Assembly (NCBI GenBank): GCA_964016885.1
Contig: OZ024741.1
Coordinates: 23,312,001-23,376,000, forward strand
DNA length: 64,000 nucleotides
Origin: Eledone cirrhosa
Lineage: Eukaryota
Direction: 5' to 3'
Part shown: piece after piece, positions 1-12,360 of the stretch
Layout: every line of letters starts with the position of its first letter
How positions within the stretch are numbered: the first letter of the stretch is position 1
Made by a program: the position numbers and the translations under genes
Notes under the pieces: model-generated
Database searches by the model: none
What the model was told of the DNA's origin: nothing
The model's input: only the letters and a program-made list of their open reading frames with translations

Positions 1-1094
1 TGAAATAAGAATATGACTAAAAAATCAGATGTTAAAATTTTATGATAGTTCGTTAGCAGTGTTATTTAAATTAAAGAAGACTAACGATGACCTACATTCA
101 TAAGAGTCAATTCAGTAAAGATGAAAATATCAGCAATGGCTTATCTCACACGTTTATTGTCAAGAATATCAGCATTTAATTATTAACACATTGATAATAT
201 ATGTCAAGTTGTCTTAAAATAATGAAAATGATTGTGTACAGTGCTCAAGTAAACTACTAAAACCATGAAAAAGAGTAACATGTAACAAGAAACATATCTT
301 TTTCGTGCACTTACAACAATTTACTTCATATTGCTAACATATTAATTTCTTTCTTCAATTAGCCGTTTGAATGGTGAAATCTATGATAGTTGAAGCAGCT
401 AAAAGGTTGTGGATAAATGGTTGACACCTGACTTTGTAATATCAGACTTGGAGCTCTTTAGGAGGATTCAATATATTAAATGAAATAACTTTGTTATTTA
501 AAAAAACAGCACAATGTGTGAATTAAATTCTTTTTGTATTAGTTCTTCAGCCATAAATTAGAGATCTGGAAGATTTAAGTGTCATGTTATATTCCATTTT
601 CAAGCACAGAAGGTCGTCCTTTCCACACACAAGAGCATTATTCTTAATTTTGATCCCATTTATTTGTTTAAAATCACCAAACCCCTCAGTGACAGTGTAG
701 TACAAAAGAAGGAAGTTGTTGGTGTAAGAGTATCCAGCTGTAGAAAACTTGCTAAATGAAGTATCTAGAGGACTCTTCGGTTTCTCAAAGACATGACAAC
801 CTTCCTGGTACTAGTGCCATTATAAAATGCACCCAGTACTCTCTGTAGAAAACGGGAATAATGTATGTAAGAGATAGATTGTTCGTAGCCCATTTGAGAG
901 GCCAGTAGCTCTGATCAAGTATTGACTTGGTCTGTGATGATCCATGCAACTCTTGTTAGCAGAGAACCAGGAACATTAAATAATGATGATGATGAATTTA
1001 TATTCTATATGATGAGAAATTTGACCTATTTATAATTTGTGGATTTTTCTGTTATCAATTTATACTTTCTTATTTCTTTGGTGTATTATAGTTA

Positions 1095-1545
1095 TATAAT
1101 ATAATGAAGATTATTGTGTACACTGCTCAGGTGCACTACAACCCATCAAAGGTGCATGTATAGTACATAGAATAATGTAGAAATCTCAGGAAACTGAACA
1201 GTGTATGTGTCATGATATACACACTCCACACACACACACAAATGCGAGTGTGGTATGGAGGGGGAATATCAGGTGTAGTGTTGGCGAATTTCAGGAAGCA
1301 TGGAGGTTTTGAAGGATGCAATGTCCCGACAGCTAATAACTGATGCAGGTAATTTGTTCCATGCTTCAGCAACTCTGAGTGTGAAAAAATGTTTCCGAAA
1401 GTCATGGGAGCTGTGCTTTTTTTCTGATTTTGCAAGCATGTCCACAGGTGTTAGACTCATGGAATTCAAAAAGGTGCTCAGGGTTGTTGTTGGCAAAATG
1501 GTTAATAATCTTGTGGGTGTCTACCAAGTTAGTTGCGTTGTTTCA
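1095..1545 (-). mobile_element. CR1-clade LINE 3' fragment (copies at 9325-9725, 12690-12990, 59415-59728)
   Basis: RKHFFTLRVAEAWNKLPASV...SFK C-terminal CR1 motif plus shared 3' UTR. Confidence 0.85.
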
Positions 1546-2394
1546 CATTGCTTCTTGGAGTTCCTCGTCATCTGGTGGGAGGATTCAAGGTTGGAATTTA
1601 TTTGTAACTGTCATACCATGAGAATTATAAATAACTTCATTACTTTTGCTCCTAACTCACTGTGAAATATCAAATGGAAGACTAACATAAGGAATGTGGA
1701 TTTCCATGATTCAGACATCACTGATAGTTTGCTGAGAGTTAGTGGACACAGCAATGGCTAAATAGTTAAGTTCACTTCACAATCATAAGGTCCTAGGTTT
1801 GATTCCACTATGGGGCATCTGGGGTAAGTATCTTTTACCATAGCCTCAGGTTGACCCAAGCTTTGTAAGTGAATCTGGTTAAACGAAAACTGTTTGGAAG
1901 CCTGTCAGATGGACTCTACCTTAATTCAATGGGCCAGCCTGTGTCATGCTGAATATTCCTGATAATTATGTTAATGGAATGCTCAGCCACTTGCTCATTA
2001 CTTTCATGAGCAGGCTGTTTCATTGATTAAACAACTGCAACACTGTTAAAACCAAGAGAGGTCCATTCCACATAGTCTTAGTAGAACTATTGCTTGTTGT
2101 GTCATTTACTGACTGTACAACTCAACCACAGGTCTTGGTTAATGTGGTGGGCTGAACAAGAAGACACAACTCTTATTCTAGAGGCTTCAACCACCAGGAT
2201 CATATCCTACTAGTGTCACAGGTTGTAAATCCATGGCCAGACCAGGGTTTTACACAGGCTGCTTCAATTGACATGTTATTCACCAAACGTCACATCTAAT
2301 AACCTCTTAGCAAACGACAGAAATCTCATCCCTGGTCCACCACAGAATTTGCAAATCTTAATAGAACTAATAGTACTTGCAAAGTTTAACTTAC

Positions 2395-2953
2395 CAAATG
2401 GCAGGATTGGCACCAGCCTCTAGAAGGGGAGAAATTATATCTGGTTGACAATTCTGCGCAACAGCATGCAATAATGTATGCTTGTCTCGACCCCATCGTT
2501 CATTCAAAATCTCTGGAAAGCTAATATCATCAGCCATCACTAAATCTAAAGATTCTTCACAAACAATATCTTTAGATTTATTTTCTTTATCAAAACACTT
2601 GACATCATTATCAACAGCATTACTGCTTGGACAGTTCTTACTCTGAACTACAGTTTCTGGATCACGTGCACAACAAGATGTGTCACTTATTTCTGCCAAA
2701 CTATTTTCAACTGAAACAGTTATATTCTTTGATATTTTCCCATCAGAAGTATTTTCAGGAGTGACAGAATTTTCACTGATTTCCTTTGTGTCTTTAGTTA
2801 CTTCATCAGTCGTTTTCTTCTCAGATTTAGAATCATTTTTCCGGTTAGGCATAGATGTATTCTCAGTCAGCCAAGAAATAAGTTTATTGACACCAGGAAG
2901 ATTTCCAATTTTACATGCTCTATAAAGTTCATTTCGGATGTAATTTTTTTCTT
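2395..2953 (-). CDS. ANKZF1: ANKZF1 exon, ankyrin region (NELYRACKIGN ... TLLHAVAQNCQPDIISPLLEAGANPAI); gene continues beyond window start
   Basis: Ankyrin TLLH...LLEAGANP motif; tacag acceptor, TG|GTAAG donor. Confidence 0.9.
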
Positions 2954-3437
2954 CTGTAATTTGGGAATAAATATTACAAAATCAAAAAAGCAAATTTGTA
3001 TAAAATGAAATATATTCATAGATGTAATCATACATTTTAAAAAACATACACAAAATGATACATTTAAATCTAATTGCTACCACAGCCATTATCACTCGCA
3101 ACTTGAGAAGTTGAAGTAGGAAACTAACCCTCGTCATCCACTCCACGACTGTGAACCAATGACAAAGATGCTCAAGTCAAGAGAGCTTTTTCCACACACA
3201 CTCTCTCTCTCTCTCTCTCTCTCTCATACATATATATATATATATCATCATCATCATCATCACCACCATTTAAAGTCCATTTTCCATGCTTGCATGGGTT
3301 AGACGGGTAGTCCACATCAAAAGACAAGTCTGGCTAGAATTGACCGCACCATACCTTTCTCAGATAGGACTGTAAATTTGGCTGGGTTTTTTACAGCTGG
3401 ATGCCCTTCCTAACTAACAACCACATTTACATATATA

Positions 3438-3619
3438 TATAGAGGGTGGTGAAAAGTTCCTGGCTTTAAGGGTAGGACCGCTGCAATAAATATGTGAATC
3501 TGAGAGAGGAATATGTTGAATAAAATCATAATTAACTGACCTCCATGTATTTCCTTTTAACTGATCCTCCTATATTCTCTTTTACCCAAAGCCAGGAATT
3601 TTTCAGCACCCTCTCGTAC
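3438..3619 (+). mobile_element. mariner deletion derivative
   Basis: TIRs gagggtg.tgaaaagttcctggcttt / aaagccaggaatttttcagcaccctc; interior encodes RCNKYVNLR.EYVE*, like a mariner transposase C-terminus. Confidence 0.75.
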
Positions 3620-3871
3620 AGTTAGCAACTATTTAACTCTTAACATACTATATTGATTTAGCAGAAAATATTTTTAAATGGGTTTGTTAATTCAAATGTT
3701 TATAGTATCTTTACTAGTAGACAGATTGATGTGAACATTTACAGTAAACTAAAATAAAGGCTTCAGCTTTTAATGTGGTGCAGTCATAGTGCTGTTTTGT
3801 ACTTTTCAAGAATGTCTTGCTAATGTAGTTTCATATGGTACAAGTCATTAACAGTTAAATTCTCTTATGCT

Positions 3872-4100
3872 TTAACCCTTTAGCATTCACGTTACTCTAT
3901 ATATACTATTGTATTTTGGTAGTAAACACTTTATCTTACATAATTATCTCACATAATATCAAATCTAAGAGATTTTGATGTTATTTATCTTGAGAAGAAT
4001 ACTTTAACATCAGTATGAGTGGCCAGTTACAGCTGATTTGAACAGAAAGAGGTGAGACATTTCTGGCCGGATATAGCCGGTTTGAATGCTAAAGGGTTAA
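3872..4100. mobile_element. piggyBac-type MITE (TTAA/CCCTTTAGCATT ends)
   Basis: TTAA-CCCTTTAGCATT ... AATGCTAAAGGG-TTAA; family repeated in window. Confidence 0.85.
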
Positions 4101-4145
4101 CACAATTCCTAAACATAAATAACATTTTTTAAAAAATGATCTTAC

Positions 4146-4346
4146 TTGATCCTTTGGTAGCTGGTTTAGGTTTTGTATCTGCAGCATTTCTGTTAGACTT
4201 TCCTGCAGTCTGTTGACCAAAGTTTATTTCATCAGGATCTAGACAAGATGTACTGATTTCTTTGATCATGAATTGGTAATTAATATCACCATCATCTTCT
4301 GTTTCAGACCAGGGCTCCATGAATGGCAAATGATTGCATATGAAGG
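4146..4346 (-). CDS. ANKZF1: ANKZF1 exon, acidic linker
   Basis: Pyrimidine tract + tag acceptor, GTAAG donor, open frame, phase 1 to 1. Confidence 0.75.
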
Positions 4347-4419
4347 CTATACAAAGAAAAAAATTGTATTACTAAGAAAGGAAAGGTGTTAGATTGGAAC
4401 TAAGGAAATGATATTTATA

Positions 4420-4938
4420 CTAGCAGGACCCGTAGAAATTCCACAGATGAAAAAGAATTAAGAGGAGCTATCTAAGAGACATTTATCTAGTTGTATATTA
4501 TTTCTTCTCTCCTGTTGGCTTAGTCTACCTTGCTCTAAAACAATATGTCTCTGTTCTTCATTCATTTCCTCACGTCTCTGTACATACACACAACTCATTA
4601 CAATTGTGTGTGTGTATGTTTATATCCCTATGTATACATTTATATGTATGAATATATAAATATAAACACGCAAACACACATACACTCATACAAGTGTAGC
4701 TAATCTTGGAATGTTCATTGCTATAGCGTTTCACCAGCCCCTTCCTTCCTCAATCATTACATAGATGTGTGTAATAATTATTTTCTATAATGTATCTATC
4801 TATGAATATGTATGAGTAGATGTATGTGTGTGTGTGTTTTTGCACTACTATTGTCTGTGTATCTGTAGATGTGTATGCATGTAACTAAAAAGTAACATAT
4901 GAACGAATAGACAAAACACACTAATAATTATAATAAGA
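4420..4938 (-). mobile_element. Non-autonomous Helitron-like element
   Basis: Minus strand starts A|TCTTATTATAA and ends in imperfect hairpin ctgtggaa/ttctacgg followed by CTAG|T. Confidence 0.5.
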
Positions 4939-5320
4939 TTGTTATTTTCATTGTTGATACTGTCGTTCACAACTCCTAGCAGAAAGAATGATGTGAAATA
5001 AAGTATTTTGCTCACAAACTCATGATGCTTAGCCTGGGAATCGAACCCACAACATTATGATCACAAGTCCAACACCCAAACCACTAGGCTACGTATCATC
5101 ATACATTATTACTAAAATTAAAAAGGGAAGATAAGAAAAGTATCTGATCCCAGAATTCTGCCTCAAAATTGTCTTGTTCGACCCATACTTAACGGGGGGG
5201 ACAGGTGTAAACTGATGAAACATTTTTGCAAGGTCTTTAACTTCTGACAGAGTTGTAGGGCCACTGTCGTGGCACATGGCATATCTTGGGCATTTAATCC
5301 TGCCAGAGCCAATCCCGCTC

Positions 5321-5396
<76 letters not shown>

Positions 5397-5580
5397 CAAA
5401 TGCAAGTTGACCATGACAGGACTTGATTTCAGAGTAGAGAGAGAACCAGAACAAATACTGCCAAGGATTCCAGCTAACGCTCTCATGACTCTACCAATTC
5501 ACTGCCTTATTAAGGCCCCCATACAAAGAAACAGAGAGAGAAGGTAATAAATCATAAAATATAATCCAAATAAAACTTAC

Positions 5581-5799
5581 AGTCATCTGTAGTGGTGTTT
5601 TCTTTGACAACATTCTCTTCATTTGTCTTTTTACTAACTTTTGATTTTAAGAATTTCTTTTTCTTTTCAAGGCACATTGATCTGCCCAAATTATTCCTTA
5701 ACTGAGAGATATCGGTGATGATTTCTAGCTGTCCAGTATCAGAACTAAAATGTCGAGGAGGAGATTGAGGAATAAATTCCTGCATTTCACTTTCATTGC
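5581..5799 (-). CDS. ANKZF1: ANKZF1 exon, low-complexity linker
   Basis: ttgcag acceptor, GTAAGT donor, open frame, phase 1 to 1 matches neighbours. Confidence 0.75.
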
Positions 5800-6249
5800 C
5801 TGCAATAAAGAAGCAATTTGATAAACAGAAAAATTAACAGTTTTGATATCAACCCGACCAAAACAGGTTCTGGTTCAGGTTCTATGAAACAAAACCACAA
5901 TTTTAACCCTTTTGTTACCATAAATCTAATAAAAAACACTACCTATGGTTTCCAAATTTCAAATAGTTTTGAAAATATTTGAGAACTTTCTCATTATTAA
6001 TTTGGTGTTTGGGACATGACAAAGTTCTTACATAAAATTATAATGAAATGTTTTGAGATAAATATAAACAGAAGACCCACCTTCCCATGTGCATGGGTTG
6101 AGGCATAATTCTAGTATGTGCCACCTTCCCCTCCATCACCGCTTTCCATACATCTCTCATGTCGTAACATCTCATCCACATTCTAACACTCCACCCCTCA
6201 CCCATACTCCTAAATCTACCTCCCCAGTCCCCATGCATCCCCTCCACAC

Positions 6250-6762
6250 AAGTCACCAGCCCACACTGTAAAGTGGTTGTGTAGGTGTCACGACAAAAAA
6301 TGCCCAGTACAAACTGTAAAGTAGTCGTGTAGGTGTCATGACAAAAAGCACCCAGTATACACTGTAAAGTGGTTGTGTAGGTGTCACGACAAAAAATGCC
6401 CAGTACAAACTGTAAAGTAGTCGTGTAGGTGTCATGACAAAAAGCACCCAGTATACACTGTAAAGTGGTTGTGTAGGTGTCACGACAAAAAATGCCCAGT
6501 ACAAACTGTAAAGTAGTCATGTAGGTGTCATGACAAAAAGTGCCCAGTACAAACTGTAAAGTGGTCATGTAGGTGATACAACAAAAAGCACCCAGCACTC
6601 ACTGTAAATGTGGTTGGCATTAGGAAGGCATCCAGCCATAGAAACCAATATCAGTTCTGTATGAGCAAGATGCAGTCATCTAATCTGGCTTGTCTCACAC
6701 CAGGACAGCTCATGTCTAACCCATGATAGCATGGAAAATACATGTTAAACGGTGATGATGAT
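6250..6762 (+). mobile_element. RTE 3'-tail element with internal ~48-bp VNTR (relatives at 26630-26960, 60340-60760, 21452-21790, 33657-33840)
   Basis: Shared gttaggaagggcatccagc.gtagaaa core, catgctagcatggaaa end and (GAT)n tail. Confidence 0.8.
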
Positions 6763-6971
6763 AACACCTTAAAATAAACAGCTTAGTATCGTAGAACCAG
6801 AGGTAATTTCAGATAGTTTGGTATCTAAATGGTTAAAGGAGTTTCTATTGAAATTAAAATCTTCCAATATAATTTTATAAAAGAACCATATGTTAAGTTA
6901 CTATCTTAGTAATGAAATAATTAATAATTTTAGTAAATTCCTAAAAATTCTTCATTAATTAATTGAAATAG

Positions 6972-7339
6972 AGTGTATATCATTAGAGATATAGTAATGA
7001 AAGGGTTAAAATAGAATGTATATTATTAAAAATATAGTCATGAAAGGGTTAAATTAGTGTATATCATTAGAAATATGGTAATGAAAGGGTTAAATTAGTG
7101 TATATCATTAGAAATATGGTAATGAAAGGGTTAAATTAGTGTATATCATTAGAAATATGGTAATGAAAGGGTTAAATTAGTGTATATCATTAGAAATATG
7201 GTAATGAAAGGGTTAAATTAGTGTATATCATTAGAAATATGGTAAAAAAAGGATTAAATTAGTGTATATCATTAGAAATATGGTAATGAAAGGATTAAAT
7301 TAGTGTATATCATTAGAAATATGGTAACAAAAGGGTTAA
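6972..7339. repeat. 41-bp tandem repeat made from the end of a TTAA-flanked MITE
   Basis: agtgtatatcattagaaatatggtaatgaaagggttaaatt, about 9 units; matches MITE ends at 12060-12087 and 54985-55010. Confidence 0.9.
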
Positions 7340-7492
7340 AAATATAATACATATTGATTTCTCACAAGACACAGTATAATTTATTTCAGTTGAATATAAA
7401 AAGATATTCATGCCTTTCCCAAAGACATTTAAAACATCAGTGAAGTGAAATAGCAATAGCCTGACATTGAAACCAGGTCACAGATTTCTTGC

Positions 7493-7679
7493 TTAACCCT
7501 TTAGCATTTAAACCGGCCAGAATTCTCTCATCTCTTTCTGTTCAAACCAGCTGTAACCAACCACACATACTGATGTTATGGTATTGTTCTCAAAATAAAT
7601 AATATCAAAATCTCATAGATTCGATATACTGCGAAAAGACAATAGTAAATATAGAGTAATGTAAATACTAAAGGGTTAA
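7493..7679. mobile_element. piggyBac-type MITE, same family
   Basis: Same TIRs and TTAA ends, opposite orientation. Confidence 0.8.
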
Positions 7680-8099
7680 ATCATCATCATCATCATCATG
7701 TTACGTCCGCTTTTCCCTGCTTGCAAGGGTGAGATGGGAACTGATTCTGGCTTGATTTCTACAGCTGGATGCCCTTCCTAACACCAACCTCATTTACAGT
7801 GAGTGCTGGGTGCTTTTTTTTTTTTTTGCCATAGCACCTCCACGACCACTTTGCAGTGGAATGATATGGACCCCAGTCCCTATCATCTCATTTCTACAGC
7901 TGAGTAAACTGGAGCAATGTGAAATAAAGTGTCTTGCTCAAGGAAACAACACATCACCCGATCTGAGAATTGAACTCACAACTTTTCGATTGCAAGGCCA
8001 ATGCTCTAACCACTAAGCCATGTGCCTCCCACCTAATTAAAATATATCTATTTATTCAGTGTGTTTCAAATATATATGAGTTTCCAGGCTTGGGTCAGA

Positions 8100-8396
8100 C
8101 TCTAAGTCTAAAGTATGTCTCAAGCCAGGAGACTTGTTAGGCTGGTGCTTATCCCAGTTTCGTGTCATGAAGCGACTGAGAATACAAGACTCCTCCCTGG
8201 ACAGGACGCAAGTCTATCGTAGAGTTAAACCTCCAGTTATTGGTGGTACTTATTTTTTTTTCAGCTGAGTATACTGGAGTAATGTGAAATGAAGTGTTTT
8301 GCTCAAGAACACAACCCACAACCCAGCCCAGAAATCGAACCCACGACATTATGATCATAAGTCCAACACCCTTACCACTCGGCCACAAGCCTCCAC
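8100..8396 (-). mobile_element. tRNA-derived SINE with CORE-like and Meta-like domains (copy at 49115-49390)
   Basis: A-box tggccgagtgg, B-box ggttcgatt, ttgagcaaaacactt, then gatagact.gcgtcctgtccagggagg...cttcatg. Confidence 0.7.
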
Positions 8397-8636
8397 ATAA
8401 CATTAGTATATGTCAACTACAAATTTTCAGTAGCTTTAAATGTTTGGCATTTTTTATCAGGGAAGCTTCTGGAAACTGAGTTTAAATGGTACCTAATTGA
8501 CATGCCCAGTGTTGTTGTTATTGATAATCCCAGATCATCTCTGATGCAGAACACCTATGACCAAAGACATTCTATCCATGACCATCACATTTAATATTCA
8601 GGCAATGTATTTTGGATGACATTATGTGATTATCCA

Positions 8637-8830
8637 GGGCGGTGAATTGGCAGTATCAGCATAGGCTCGGACGCCATGCTTTGCAGCAAAGAGTTACGGC
8701 CCTTTATGGTCTGAGTTCAAATCCCGCCAAAGTTAACTTTGCCTTTCATCCTTACAGGGTCGATAAAATAAAGTACCAGTAATGTACTGGGTAATTGCTG
8801 GCCTTGTGCCAAAAGTAGAAACAATTATGT
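8637..8830 (+). mobile_element. tRNA-derived SINE with Nin/Deu-like domain (many copies, e.g. 12994-13190, 21833-22017, 27133-27315, 40340-40540, 40725-40890)
   Basis: B-box gagttcaaatcc followed by gcctttcatccttacggggtcgataaaataaagtacc. Confidence 0.8.
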
Positions 8831-9324
8831 GATTATCCAATGAGTTCTTCTCTTTTCAAAGATGGTAGGACCGTTTTGTGAGAAATTTGGCAGCTATATC
8901 TAACAGGTCAAGTGACTTTATAGAGGGTTCCAAATTGTTGACCTCCTTGTGGTGGGACCTGGAAACTGATCTCTGATCTTGATCAGGCGAACGACCTGAG
9001 GTAGCAGCAGTCTCATACACAAGAAGACTGTATAGAGATTTACTGGACAATTTTTTTTAAGGAGTATCTACATTTGATTAATTAGATCCCAGAGTATTCT
9101 TTTCATTATAAAACAAAACATTCAGCTAAGCAGATTAAAATAATGGTTTCTTATATAGGCACAAGGCCAGCAATTTTGGGGAGAGGGGAAAGTCGATTGA
9201 ATCGACCCCGTAAGGATGAAAGGCAAAGCCAACCTCAGATCATAAAGGGCCGAAACTCTATGCTTGCAAACCATGGCGTTCGACCCTCCACCAACACTGC
9301 TAATCTACCACCCTCTAAGTAGAT

Positions 9325-9725
9325 TAAAATAATGAAAATTATTGTGTACATCAGAGGTGCATGTGTAGTACATAGAATAATATACAAATGTCAGGAAAGT
9401 GAACAGTGTAAGAGTCATGATACACACACACATGCATACATGTGTGTGTGTGTGTAGAGGGGGAATATCAGGTATAGTGTTGGCGAATTTCGGGAAGCAT
9501 GGAGGTTTTGAAGGATGCAGTGTCCCGGCAGCTAAGAACTGATGCTGATAATTTGTTCCATGCTTCAACTCTGAACATGAAAAAATGTTTCCGAAAGTCA
9601 TGGGAGCTGTACTGTTTTCTGATTTTGTAAGCATGTCCATGGATGTTAGACACATGGAATTCAAAAAGGTGCTCAGGATTGTTGTTGGAAAGATGGTTAA
9701 TAATCTTGTGGGTGTCTACCAAGTC
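9325..9725 (-). mobile_element. CR1-clade LINE 3' fragment
   Basis: Same family as 1095-1545. Confidence 0.85.
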
Positions 9726-10117
9726 ACAGAGAAGACATTTTATTATACTGTGTAATTAATATTGCATTAAGTTTATTTTCAAAACACATAGCTGACATTA
9801 CATAAGTACATCTAGCTATAAATATAATTGGAGAGGTACAGCTTACCATTATAAGCAGCTGATGATTTCAAATTCTATATCGGTAGAGCTTGAAAAACAT
9901 TCTGCTGAAGTCAATAGGGCAATAGCCAGACTTTTTATCACCTATATAAGATAAATAAGTATTGGTTACTTTTGATTAGGCAAAAGACCAACTTTTGGAA
10001 GTGTAGGTATAGGCATTTAGTTGAGTACTTAACAGTTTCTAACAAGACTGAGATCAATAATATTAGTTGATTGATTAAGTAAAAATCATTTGTAAAGCAA
10101 AACAGATATCAACCTAC

Positions 10118-10340
10118 CATAACATTCAACTGATGCTAACATTTCATGAACGCGGCAAGTTTCATTGTGTGTGGGTCGCCTCGTATGGAATGGTATACCT
10201 CGGATTCGAAAGTCATTTCGACTTAGGGGAGAATGTTTACCACTGAAGAACATTTGCTGGTTAAAACTAGGGGCTCTCAAGAAGATCAGATCACACCGCT
10301 TCAAGTGGTCAGACCAATTGGTCAAAAGCTCTTGGATATC
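10118..10340 (-). CDS. ANKZF1: ANKZF1 exon, end of VLRF1 (DIQELLTNW...IFLRAP...D.RIRGIPFHTRRPT..E)
   Basis: IFLRAP and IPF.TRRPT motifs; tttcag acceptor, G|GTAGGT donor. Confidence 0.95.
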
Positions 10341-10629
10341 CTGAAATTAAATAAAATAATTATATTATTTATCTTGTTTTGACAGAATCTATAAATAAAG
10401 TCTTACAGAATCTAACATAAACAGTTAATTTGTAGAGATAAAATAAAATTTGTTTGTGAGAGATTCAGATCAAGAAATATAAACAGAATTAAATGCCATT
10501 TACTATTACTACAGTTAAACTTAATTTTCACTAAAAACCAAAACATAATTTCATGAGACTTTGAAATATATCTACCCCTAATACCTATTCTTGGGTCGTG
10601 AATAATCGGTGCCCCTCCCCAATATCTTA

Positions 10630-10857
10630 TTAACCCTTTAGCATTTACATTACTCTATATATTATTATATTAACACTGTAAAAGTTTTACCTCACATAAT
10701 GATTTCACATAATATTGAATCTATGAGAGTTTGATGATATTTATTTTATGAAAGATAAGTATAACATAAGTATAAGTGGCCAGTTACGGCTGGTTTGAAC
10801 AGAAAGAGCTGAGAGAATTCTGGCCGGATATGGCTGGTTTAAATGCTAAAGGGTTAA
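10630..10857. mobile_element. piggyBac-type MITE nested in another MITE
   Basis: Same TIRs/TTAA; interrupts the 10585-11167 element. Confidence 0.85.
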
Positions 10858-11313
10858 TTTTCAGATTTTTTCCAACCCCCCACCAATTTTACTAATCTAT
10901 ATCCCTTGAAATTTTATTTTAAGTGGCAGCATTCCTGCAACAATTAATTTTCTTTATACATTAAAAAACATTATATATGACAAAAAAGATCATTACTAGA
11001 AATCCCATATGTTATAAATTAAATAGGATGTGATGGGGTCTCAATATGTAAACTAAACGAATAATTATGTTGTGTTTTTTAAAATCAATGGAGACAACCT
11101 AGAAAAATCACAGATCCCCCCCCCCCATTTATTCCTCTACCACACCTATTATTTGGGACCTGAGTGTATTCACTTTGTCATCATTACTATCATATCTTCT
11201 TTCACCAGTACAGTCATCACCACCACCATCACTATTACCATCTACACCATCATCAAAATCACTCCTATCATCATCATCATCATCATCATCTCTGGCTATG
11301 TTTGTGATGCTTA

Positions 11314-11542
11314 TTAACCCTTTAGCATTTAAACCGGCCATATCCGGCCAGAACTCTCTCACCTCTTCCTGTTCAAACCAGCTGTAACTGGCTGCTCATA
11401 CCTACATTAAGGTATTGTTCTAAACATAAATAACTTCAAAATCTCATAGATTCAATATTATGTGAGGTAATTATGTAAGATAAAGCCTTTGCTGTGAACA
11501 TACAATAGTAAATATAGAATAATGTAAATGCTAAAGGGTTAA
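11314..11542. mobile_element. piggyBac-type MITE
   Basis: Same TIRs/TTAA. Confidence 0.85.
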
Positions 11543-11628
11543 TCTGAAAAATTAATCAGTGGGGGGCATTATTTGAATGACGATAGTGGTGGTTTAGCAT
11601 AGTAGATATTGTGAAAAGAAAGAATTAC

Positions 11629-11776
11629 CTGAATTAATGCAGACTCATTGTGTCGACGAAGGGATGCACCTGCCGAACGAGGAGCATTACCACGTCCATC
11701 CCTGGATCCCTGAGATTTACCTTGTTTAGCTCGGACAGTATAACGATGAAATGTCTTTTGCTTCATCACCTTACCA
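11629..11776 (-). CDS. ANKZF1: ANKZF1 exon, VLRF1 catalytic loop ([17 protein letters not shown]...[14 protein letters not shown])
   Basis: [13 protein letters not shown] and SAGA.LRR.NE are diagnostic of Vms1/ANKZF1; canonical splice sites. Confidence 0.96.
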
Positions 11777-12168
11777 CTGGATTAGTAAATACAAGAAAAA
11801 ATTTAGTAGGCAGAGATATAAACATATATAAGAGATTATAGTTAAATTAACTGTTCCAAACCACCTGAAACTGTCCCTAGCTCAAAGATATTAAGCTGTT
11901 TATTTTAAAGTGTTCATATTTATCTAAATCCCTTGTTATAATTTTATGTAAGAGTGTTCAAGATATGTTCCAAACACTAACTAAATAATAACAAAGTTAG
12001 TTATATTACTAAATCCTTCTAAATATTTGATTATTTGAAAATTATAGGGAGTGTCTTTTATTGGAAATATGGTAATGAAAGGGTTAATGAGCCTATGGTG
12101 AAGAAAGGTGAGAGACAGAGATAGAGGGATGATGATGATGGTGTGTGGGTGGGGGGGTGCGTGCGTGC

Positions 12169-12219
<51 letters not shown>

Positions 12220-12244
12220 TGTGAAGAACAAAACAAAAACTTAC

Positions 12245-12360
12245 TTTTCAAAAATAGCTGCAGCAAAATGTCCGCCACTTGCTAAGAATACAGCCCATGA
12301 CATGGCACCAGGTAGTTTGGAAAGATATTCAATCACTAAGTTTATAGAGGAAGGTGGGTT
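12245..12360 (-). CDS. ANKZF1: ANKZF1 exon, start of VLRF1 domain (...SWAVFLASGGHFAAAIFE)
   Basis: GGHFAAAIF motif; tttcag acceptor, GTAAGT donor. Confidence 0.93.

Noticed and set aside
8320-8396. tRNA gene
   Set aside because: A/B boxes belong to a SINE head; no complete cloverleaf
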